Shown in pieces: positions 56,799 through 64,000 of a DNA stretch of 64,000 bases (position 1 is the stretch's first letter; every line of letters begins with the position of its first letter). The notes under the pieces were generated by a model. The model worked only from the letters and a program-made list of their open reading frames with translations, was not told the origin of the DNA and did not search any database. The translations under genes were made by a program, and so were the position numbers. The stretch lies in sequence record SRR31156797_4857, one strand, 5' to 3'.

Positions 56799-57179
56799 TT
56801 AACCGAGGTGTTCCAGGCGGTCGGTTTGGCTGACAACCTCCGTTAGTTTAATACCGAATTTATCCCCAATCTTAACCGCTTCGCCGCGAGCGATGAGGCG
56901 TGAATTAACGTAAAGGTCAAGGGGGTCTCCTGCCTGCTTATCTAGTTCAACCACATAGCCCTCTCCCATCTGGAGCAGGTCTTTTAAAAGAATCCTTGTC
57001 CTTCCGACTTCGACAGAGACTTGGAGCGGTACATCGAAAAGAAACTCAAGATCACGCGTACTATTCTCCTTTTTGGGAGGTTGTGGTGCGGCATGCGGGT
57101 CCTCAAGTAGTTCGGCGGTTTCTTCCGGATTAAGTGTGTTGTCCGGCACAGGAGGTGAGGGGTTTTCAGTTGTTTCCAT
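56799..57179 (-). CDS. fliN: C-ring switch protein FliN
   Basis: DVPLQVSVEVGRT..VVELDK.AGDPLD..IARGE. Confidence 0.96.
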   Translation of the reverse strand: METTENPSPPVPDNTLNPEETAELLEDPHAAPQPPKKENSTRDLEFLFDVPLQVSVEVGRTRILLKDLLQMGEGYVVELDKQAGDPLDLYVNSRLIARGEAVKIGDKFGIKLTEVVSQTDRLEHLG

Positions 57180-58194
57180 GTATGTCTCCAAGTCTGCTGG
57201 TGTTGTATCGTTGAGTTACGTGGAAGGCTTTTCTTCCGTTTCTTTCTCCTGGGACGGCAAAGAACTTTGGCTGATCCTCTACTATTATATTAAGAGGGCG
57301 ATCTGGATCATAGCCAAGGTCTACAATGTCACCAGGTTTTAACTGAAGAATATTGCGGATGGTCATTTCTAGTAATCCAGAACGGGCGATCACCGAACAC
57401 TCCATCTCTGCAGCTTCACGGGTAAAGGTGTTGGCCCAGCCATAGGTCGCCTGCGTGACAGTAACCATCTGTTTAAAGGCTTCCCTAAATGGTTCGACAG
57501 TGAGGTAGGGGATGATAAAGCGCATCTGTCCTGCATTTTCTCCACTTACACTGACATTGAAGGATGCAATCAGTACTTCGGTTTCTGCTTCAACAATATT
57601 GACCAGGCGAAAGTTGTTTTCAATTTTGGTAAGGCTAGGTTGGAGTGGCGTAATGGGATTGAAGGCCTTTTTTAAATCATTGGCAATTCCCATCATGGTG
57701 CTTTTGAGGATGCTTATTTCAATGGGAGTCAGGGTCCTGTTGGGAGTTACCGAATCGCTGTCCCCTGAAGACCCAAGCATAATCTCAAGCAGTGCAAAAG
57801 CCATGGATATGTCAAAATGAAAAAGGCAGCCGTATTTTAGGGGGTCTGTGCTAAAAATGCCAACTGCACCCTGGTTGTTGAGGTCGAGAAGGCTCTGCTG
57901 AAAGGTGTTGGAGGTTATTTCAGTACGTTCAACAGTGAAAGATCGTTGCAGAGTATTGGTCAGGCTGGTTCCAAAATTTCTGGCAAACATGTCAATTATA
58001 ATATCAAAATTGGGGATACGAGATTCCCCGCCGGACGAAGCTCGGTGATAAACCTGAAAGAGATCTATCTCTTTGGCGTGTGAAAAACGCGGTTCCCTAT
58101 GGGCGGTGCTTTCAACCGAGTCGGTAGCTATTTCCCCAGATTTAAGAGCAACGAGAAGATCAGCAATTTCTTCTTTGCTTAGAATCGGTTCCAT
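57166..58194 (-). CDS. fliM: C-ring switch protein FliM
   Basis: N-terminal ILSKEEIADLL CheY-binding peptide, RTLTPIE, C-terminal SpoA domain. Confidence 0.93.
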   Translation of the reverse strand: MEPILSKEEIADLLVALKSGEIATDSVESTAHREPRFSHAKEIDLFQVYHRASSGGESRIPNFDIIIDMFARNFGTSLTNTLQRSFTVERTEITSNTFQQSLLDLNNQGAVGIFSTDPLKYGCLFHFDISMAFALLEIMLGSSGDSDSVTPNRTLTPIEISILKSTMMGIANDLKKAFNPITPLQPSLTKIENNFRLVNIVEAETEVLIASFNVSVSGENAGQMRFIIPYLTVEPFREAFKQMVTVTQATYGWANTFTREAAEMECSVIARSGLLEMTIRNILQLKPGDIVDLGYDPDRPLNIIVEDQPKFFAVPGERNGRKAFHVTQRYNTSRLGDIHGNN

Positions 58195-58198
58195 GAGG

Positions 58199-58699
58199 TT
58201 ACTGGACGACAAAGTCTGTCATGTAGATGGACTTAACCTTTCCCGTTTTGAGGAAGGTGTTGATCCTGTTTTTAAGTTCCGCTTTTACCTGTTTTTTCCC
58301 TTGCAAGTCTTGGAGTTCTTCAAAGGTCTTATTACCTATGAGCAGCAAAACGGCATCGCGTATTTGGGGCATTCTTTTGGTTGCCTCTTCCAACACCGCA
58401 TCATTGGTAAGCTCGAGGGTGAGGGATGCCTTAACATAATGTGCCGTGTCTTCACTAATGATATTGACAATAAATTCCTCAATATTGATCATCGGGCCGA
58501 TTTCAGCGTCATCGGCTTCCGGTTGGATCATTTCCACTTGCTCGTTGGGCTCCTCTTCGGGAGGTGGGTCTTTTTTAAGAAAGAGAAAGTAGGCAGCAGC
58601 TCCAGCTCCCAAGATAACAACAAGGGCTGCGGCAATAATTATGATCAGCTTTTTTTTGCCGCCTTCTTCTTCTGTGGAGTTGGTTTCCTGTTCTGCCAT
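58199..58699 (-). CDS. fliL: FliL
   Basis: N-terminal TM, FIVNI, PQIRD, GKKQVK, IYMTDFVVQ. Confidence 0.95.
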   Translation of the reverse strand: MAEQETNSTEEEGGKKKLIIIIAAALVVILGAGAAAYFLFLKKDPPPEEEPNEQVEMIQPEADDAEIGPMINIEEFIVNIISEDTAHYVKASLTLELTNDAVLEEATKRMPQIRDAVLLLIGNKTFEELQDLQGKKQVKAELKNRINTFLKTGKVKSIYMTDFVVQ

Positions 58700-58724
58700 A
58701 ATATACGTTCCTTTGAGTCGGTAA

Positions 58725-59468
58725 TTAGAAGGGGATTTTGCTGGTAGGACGATTATATTGATCGACCTTGCGATTACTATTTAAAATAAATTCAACTCTT
58801 CGGTTTTTAGCCCTGTTTGCATCGGTTGTATTTGGCTGCAAGGGTTCGGTCGCACCATAGCCGACGGCCGCCATCCGATCGATGGAAAAGATTTGTCCTC
58901 GGTTATAAAAGCGCATTACAGATACAGCCCTGGCTACGGAAATGTCCCAATTGGTAGTCGCTGCAAGGGTTGTTGGCGTGTCATCCGTATGCCCTTCAAT
59001 GCGCATTGTCATGGGAAGAGGGCGGACAATGTCGGCAATTTTTCGTAGCAGTGGATAAGAAGAGGGGTTTAAATTTGTCTTTCCCCTATCAAAAAGGATC
59101 GAGTCATTAATGCGGAGGACTATTGAGTCGTCACCCCTTTGTACTGCCTCTACCTGATCCAAAAGTTTTGTTAATTCCAGATCATTTTTAATCTTTTTAA
59201 AATAGGTAACTTTGGTTTCTCTGGGAATGGGGGTAAACTTTGATTCAGGCGGCGACTGAATGACAGGAATGGAGAACTTTTTGGGTGCTGCTGTGGTTCT
59301 CCAGCCAAAAGAGTCTTTTATTGATGACTTGGCTTGGACAAACTTTATCGGGTCCATGCTGGCCATGGAGAGTAAGAGCACGAAAAATGTAAGGAGCAGG
59401 GTAACGAGGTCACTAAAGGTAACCATCCACTCAGGGACACCCTGCGGACATTCCTGTTTTTTAGCCAT
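58725..59468 (-). CDS. motB: Stator subunit MotB/PomB
   Basis: WMVTFSDLVTLLLTFFVLL; OmpA-like domain IEGHTD..NWDISVARA..NRRVE. Confidence 0.96.
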   Translation of the reverse strand: MAKKQECPQGVPEWMVTFSDLVTLLLTFFVLLLSMASMDPIKFVQAKSSIKDSFGWRTTAAPKKFSIPVIQSPPESKFTPIPRETKVTYFKKIKNDLELTKLLDQVEAVQRGDDSIVLRINDSILFDRGKTNLNPSSYPLLRKIADIVRPLPMTMRIEGHTDDTPTTLAATTNWDISVARAVSVMRFYNRGQIFSIDRMAAVGYGATEPLQPNTTDANRAKNRRVEFILNSNRKVDQYNRPTSKIPF

Positions 59469-59483
59469 GATTCGTCCCGTGTT

Positions 59484-60248
59484 TTACTGGAAGACAGATT
59501 CACGCATTTTGGGTGCAATATAAGCGTGAAGTTTTTGTTCCATTACCCTGGGGTTCTCACCAGAAAGGATGGACTCCATTCCTTCAACAATGACAGTCTT
59601 CTGCAATAATTCTGTTTTGGATCTGGTTTTCAGCTTACCGGCCATGGGGTTGAAAAGAATATTAGCTAGAACCGCACCATAAAAGGTAGTTAAAAGAGCT
59701 ACCGCCATAGCTGGTCCAATAGAGGAAGGATCACTCATGTTTTGCAGCATCTGCACCAGGCCAATCAATGTTCCTACCATACCCATGGCAGGAGAAATGG
59801 TACCAAGAGAAGTGAAAATTTCAGCCCCCCCACTGTGTCGTTCCTGGATGTAGTCAATTTCAGTGTTGAGCATTGCTTTTAGGTCATCTGGCTCCTGCCC
59901 GTCAACAGCCATTTGCAATGCTTTGACCAGGAATTGATCTTCTACGGTATCAATGGACCCCTGTAGGGAAAGGATGCCCTCTTTGCGAGCTTTGTTGGCA
60001 AAGTCCATAAGTTGAGCAATCAGTTCGTTGGTGTTAGCCTCTTTAATCAAAATGGTTTTTTTAGCAACACCAATGGCGCTGAGAACATCTCCCAACGGAA
60101 AGTTAATCAGGGCAACCCCGGCAGTTCCTCCAAAAACGATAAGGATAGAGGCCACATCAATGAACATACCTATGCCGCCACCCTGAAGGATGGCCATCAG
60201 CATTAAACCAAATGCGGCTACGATTCCTATTATAGTTGCGATATCCAC
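59484..60248 (-). CDS. motA: Stator subunit MotA/PomA
   Basis: ARKEGILSL, PAMGMVGTLIGLVQML, MAVALLTTFYG, GENP. Confidence 0.96.
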   Translation of the reverse strand: MDIATIIGIVAAFGLMLMAILQGGGIGMFIDVASILIVFGGTAGVALINFPLGDVLSAIGVAKKTILIKEANTNELIAQLMDFANKARKEGILSLQGSIDTVEDQFLVKALQMAVDGQEPDDLKAMLNTEIDYIQERHSGGAEIFTSLGTISPAMGMVGTLIGLVQMLQNMSDPSSIGPAMAVALLTTFYGAVLANILFNPMAGKLKTRSKTELLQKTVIVEGMESILSGENPRVMEQKLHAYIAPKMRESVFQ

Positions 60249-60651
60249 GTGTTGTTTCCTGGTACGTGAGAGTTACTTGGATTATGATGGTACAAAAAGT
60301 GTACTTATCCGGGGCTCATGAATATTGTATCAATTTGTTTAATTGTACACAATTTTCTAATGTTGAGCAAAGTCACATAGAGTTATAAAAAACCACAATG
60401 TTCACCAAAGGCCAGTTAATGCGACATCAATTTTGTGAGTAGTTCTACTACGAATATAGACTACTATCGGAGTCTACGCTTACCTTTTCATTGCAAAAAA
60501 CTTTGAAGCTGACGCCGACTGAACTGATGAAGAATCGAGACTAAAGCTCTATTCGATAGTAAGATGCAAAAAGAAAGCCAACCGGAAATGTTGAGCAAAA
60601 GGAGTGGAAAAAAAGGCGGTTGCTCTCTAAAAGCTGAAAACAAGAAGAGGA

Positions 60652-60680
60652 ACCGCACTGTCTGGTGGTGACAGTGCGGT
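60652..60680 (-). terminator. Stem-loop/terminator after flgE
   Basis: ACCGCACTGTC/GACAGTGCGGT 11-bp stem followed by a pyrimidine-rich tract on the minus strand. Confidence 0.7.
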
Positions 60681-60706
60681 CGAGAGTCAGAAAGTTGACG
60701 GAGAGT

Positions 60707-61984
60707 TTATCGCTTGAGGTTGATTAATTCACCGAGCATTTCATCAACGGTGGAGATAATTTTTGAATTGGCCTGAAAACCACGCTGGGTAGAAATCATT
60801 TTTACAAATTCCTGGCCCATATCTACATTGGACTGTTCAAGAGAGTTGGTAAAGATATTTCCAAGTTCAGGACCGGCCAGACCAATGCGAATGGTCCCTG
60901 CATTTTCTGTTGCTGCAAGAAGATTTGATCCTGCCAGTTCAAGTCCTCCCGTATTTTGAAATTTCGCAAGGACCAGTTGTGCGATATTTATCTGTTCACC
61001 ATTGGAGTAGGAGGCAACAACTATACCATCCTCTGCAATTCCTACCTTGGTGAGCTCACCTGCTCCGTAGCCGTCCTGGTTCGCGCCGATAACAACCGAC
61101 TCGCTGTCAAACTGGGTACAGTCAAAGGTCAGGTTAATGACCTGGTTTTGTTCTGCACCATTGTCCCAGTTGGCAATAGTGATGGGAATAGCCAGCGGGT
61201 CGTCAGCTACATCGGCTGGATTGCCGTCACCATCGGTGTCGAGTAACCCATTACCATCAAAGGTCATTTGGTCTGCTAAGGCTACTACTGCGTCGTCGTC
61301 AGTTGTATAGGCCATGCTCCACGTATTGGTTAGGGTGTCTTCCAGGCGCCAATAGGCTTTGACAAGATGTTGTTCTCCAAGGGAGTCGTAGACAGGACTG
61401 GATGCGGCATAGTTGTAGGTGTTATTGTCGGCAGGGTTTATAACACCGACTCCAAGCTCATCGGAATTAGCATCCAGGTTAGTGCTAAAGGTGAGGTTGT
61501 TGGTGGCTTGGGCTTCTATAAGGCCGGTATTTACTACCTGTATATTGTCAGGGTCACCACCGTCCAGGGTCCCATCGGCTAGGAACTGTTTACCCTGAAC
61601 AACATACCCCTCAGGATTGACCAGGTATCCTTCATCATCAAAGCGAAAAGCGCCTGCCCTGGTATAGAGTTCGGTCTCAACGCCAAGTTCACTGACTACA
61701 AAAAAACCTTCCCCTTCTATAGCCACATCGGTATCAGAAGAGGTGGTTTCAAAGGTTCCCTGGCTGAAGATATTATCAACAGTAGAAAGGCCCACACCAC
61801 GTCCGACCTGCGAGCTACCCCCGGACCCAAAGATATTGCTGGATAAGAGATCTGAAAACACGGTCCGCGAGCCCTTAAATCCGAGGGTGTTGGTGTTGGC
61901 CAGGTTATTACCGATAACACTCATGGCCTGGGAGTTAGTATTGAGACCACTTACTCCGCTAAACATTGCACTTTGAATGCCCAT
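60707..61984 (-). CDS. flgE: Flagellar hook protein FlgE
   Basis: VIGNNLANTNT.GFK, YTRAGAF, VYDSLG, LEQSNVD..QRGFQANSK. Confidence 0.97.
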   Translation of the reverse strand: MGIQSAMFSGVSGLNTNSQAMSVIGNNLANTNTLGFKGSRTVFSDLLSSNIFGSGGSSQVGRGVGLSTVDNIFSQGTFETTSSDTDVAIEGEGFFVVSELGVETELYTRAGAFRFDDEGYLVNPEGYVVQGKQFLADGTLDGGDPDNIQVVNTGLIEAQATNNLTFSTNLDANSDELGVGVINPADNNTYNYAASSPVYDSLGEQHLVKAYWRLEDTLTNTWSMAYTTDDDAVVALADQMTFDGNGLLDTDGDGNPADVADDPLAIPITIANWDNGAEQNQVINLTFDCTQFDSESVVIGANQDGYGAGELTKVGIAEDGIVVASYSNGEQINIAQLVLAKFQNTGGLELAGSNLLAATENAGTIRIGLAGPELGNIFTNSLEQSNVDMGQEFVKMISTQRGFQANSKIISTVDEMLGELINLKR

Positions 61985-62142
61985 TGCATCCTCCTGCGTG
62001 GCTTGAAAGTTGGATAATTGTTGTAATTATATCAGTTGGATGTGCTATTTAGGTGTGAAACTGGTGACACATCCTCAATTATCCCCGCGCCATCCATTGC
62101 TGCAGAGATTGTTACTGGTAAAGCTTTGAAAACGACCGGTTA

Positions 62143-62844
62143 CTATGCCTCACCATCCGCTGGAGAGGTATATTCAGATTGCTGGGTGGTTTTGTCGTAC
62201 GCACCGTGTATCTCATCAAAATTGTAGTTACCGGCACTGGTTTCAAGTTTTGTGGTACCGTCTTCCATATTTACCCCGATAACTTCTGAACGGACGAGAG
62301 ACGTCGCCGTACCACCACCTGTAGTCTGGATATCGATGGTGTAGCTGCCAGAAGAAAGAAATTCGCCTTGTCCGTTTTTACCATCCCAGGTAAAGGTGTG
62401 ATTGCCTTTGTCAAGATCGGTAAGTTCAATGGTATCTACGGTTGTCCCAGATGAATCCTCTATACGGAGCGTCCCTTCTGTAACAGTATCTTCAATCCTG
62501 TACCCAATTTCAACCGGTTGCTGGTCAAGTCTGAAGGTGTCTCCTGAAACAAGTACCTCCTTGCCTATCAGGGAAAGGGCAGAAATGCGTTGTGAGTTGC
62601 TTTGGGCCAATGTCATTTGTTCCATGGCCGAGTTCAGGTTGAACAGTTGTTCCAGTTGACTGTATTGAGCCAGCTGGGCGGTAAATTCTGTTGCATCTGT
62701 GGGGTTAAGGGGATCCTGGTTTTCTAGCTGAGCAACCAGCAGTGTCAAGAAATCTTCCTGACCTAGGGAATTCTTTTCAGTTGTACTCTTCCCGCTTGCT
62801 GCTGAGGATATATTTTGTTGGGTAATCGATCCGATATCGGCCAT
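62143..62844 (-). CDS. flgD: Hook capping protein FlgD
   Basis: FLTLLVAQLENQDPLNP..FTAQLAQYSQLEQ, FTWDG. Confidence 0.97.
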   Translation of the reverse strand: MADIGSITQQNISSAASGKSTTEKNSLGQEDFLTLLVAQLENQDPLNPTDATEFTAQLAQYSQLEQLFNLNSAMEQMTLAQSNSQRISALSLIGKEVLVSGDTFRLDQQPVEIGYRIEDTVTEGTLRIEDSSGTTVDTIELTDLDKGNHTFTWDGKNGQGEFLSSGSYTIDIQTTGGGTATSLVRSEVIGVNMEDGTTKLETSAGNYNFDEIHGAYDKTTQQSEYTSPADGEA

Positions 62845-62859
62845 GGTGTTTCTCCTCTT

Positions 62860-64000
62860 TTATACCGTAACGCTTAAACCCTGTTTACTGTCATTTGCAA
62901 AGCTGGATTCTTCGCCTGCAATGGGGGGGAACTCAGTGGTTTGGATGTTACCCTGCCTGTAACTTTTGCCCAATTGGTGCCGGGCATTATTTTGCTGAAA
63001 ATGGTTTCCATCATGTTGGTCGCCCGCTGCTACGGTAATTTCTACCTCACCGAGGTGCAGACCTTGTTGTTCCAGGGTTTCCCGAAGTCGTGGTAAATGG
63101 CGATCCAGCGCTTCCTGAGCCTGTGGGTTTTGTGCTGTTATATGCGCCTTGACATTATCTTGTTTCACCTCTATCTCCATTCTTAGTTCGCCCAATTCCT
63201 GTGGGTGCAATTGGAGGCGGATAGAACCTGACTCAAGTTTTTTGGCACTAGAAAAATGATTAATAACCTGGTCAACCACTGCACTTTCTTGAAAAGTTGT
63301 ACCGGAGGGCAGTTTCATGAGACCAGATCCAGGAGTCGTTGCGGTTGAGGTAGGTGTTGAAACAGTGGGAACCACGCTATCAAGGGTAAAAGTTACAGGA
63401 GAGGTCTCCCTACTGAGGCGAGGTTCTGTTCCATGTTCGCTTGCAGTGGACAAGCTTTTAGGATCAGGCTGTTGTTCTCCACCGTTTTTAGTCTGTTGGT
63501 CGCCTTCTGCTCCCAGGGCAGCTTTGACTGAATTGTTGGGCAGGTTGGAATGAATATAATTACTATTGGAGTCCTGCCGCTGGCCACTTTGGTCGACAGT
63601 TGCTGGTCGGGTAGTCAGTGGAGTTGCTGCGGCCATCTCTTCGTTGTCACTGGATTGGTAAATAGTTATGGTTTGGCCACTTTCAGTTTTTATAACATTT
63701 TCACCCATGGGTGTTGGTGAGGCAGCAACTGTATTGTCAGGGCTCACAGGCTGTGCTTGAATCGGCTTGTAGGTTGCACTCCATTGCTCTACGATCACTG
63801 AAGGAGAACCTTCGTTACCTGTGGTCAGTTGGATCGTTCCTGGAATCGCGCTTTTTGTACCCTGTTGTATAGGTTGAGGGGCACTTGCAGCTGGCTCGGC
63901 CGGTGTGACAATTTCTGTAAGTGTTGTCAATTGCTGCTGGAGGGCGGAAGGCTTTTTTTGCTGACCAATTATTTCTGTAGGGGTAGGGACGACACCTTTC
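62860..64000 (-). CDS. fliK: Hook-length control protein FliK (5' part lies beyond the window)
   Basis: LQLHPQELGELRMEI..LPRLRETLEQQGL C-terminal domain; Pro/Thr/Gln-rich; frame stays open to the window edge. Confidence 0.92.
   Translation of the reverse strand, partial: KGVVPTPTEIIGQQKKPSALQQQLTTLTEIVTPAEPAASAPQPIQQGTKSAIPGTIQLTTGNEGSPSVIVEQWSATYKPIQAQPVSPDNTVAASPTPMGENVIKTESGQTITIYQSSDNEEMAAATPLTTRPATVDQSGQRQDSNSNYIHSNLPNNSVKAALGAEGDQQTKNGGEQQPDPKSLSTASEHGTEPRLSRETSPVTFTLDSVVPTVSTPTSTATTPGSGLMKLPSGTTFQESAVVDQVINHFSSAKKLESGSIRLQLHPQELGELRMEIEVKQDNVKAHITAQNPQAQEALDRHLPRLRETLEQQGLHLGEVEITVAAGDQHDGNHFQQNNARHQLGKSYRQGNIQTTEFPPIAGEESSFANDSKQGLSVTV

Noticed and set aside
60464-60490. TCCGATAG box upstream of motA as a sigma-28 promoter
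   Set aside because: The -35 box is poor at the 16-bp spacing used by the other sites; left uncalled.

Overview
Ordinary chromosomal DNA, with no phage, transposase, CRISPR, rRNA or tRNA seen. It is probably from a sulfate-reducing Desulfobacterota (Desulfobulbales-like); this is inferred from gene content and was not verified. The left part (1-22.8 kb) is housekeeping and metabolic: secA, ppk2, a metallophosphoesterase, cls, an argJ-CHAD-ParA-SixA-ClC operon, avtA, a MORN-repeat protein, and an M20 amidohydrolase-YbdK ligase-GGT-yejBE operon. The right part (22.9-64 kb) is all on the minus strand. It holds an mglB-mglA-acidic scaffold module beside a roughly 37-kb polar flagellar cluster (fliK..flgDE, motAB, fliLMNOPQR, flhBAFG, fliA, flgFGAHIJ, flgMN, flgKL, csrA-fliW, two flagellins, flaG-fliD-fliS, two PilZ proteins, and a second FliK-like/FlhB-C-like pair). 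Best candidates for undescribed biology: (1) a C-terminally truncated MglB plus MglA, next to an 848-aa acidic protein carrying repeated D-x-E-x-x-L-D-x-[LF]-F helices that resemble the tail missing from MglB; (2) an orphan ParA coupled to a polyphosphate-binding CHAD protein and SixA near ppk2, a possible polyP-granule positioning system; (3) a dispersed ~125-bp MITE-like or structured repeat. A sigma-28 regulon with a constant 16-bp spacer and CsrA-type GGA hairpins can also be read from the sequence. All assignments were made by eye from motifs; no database searches were run.
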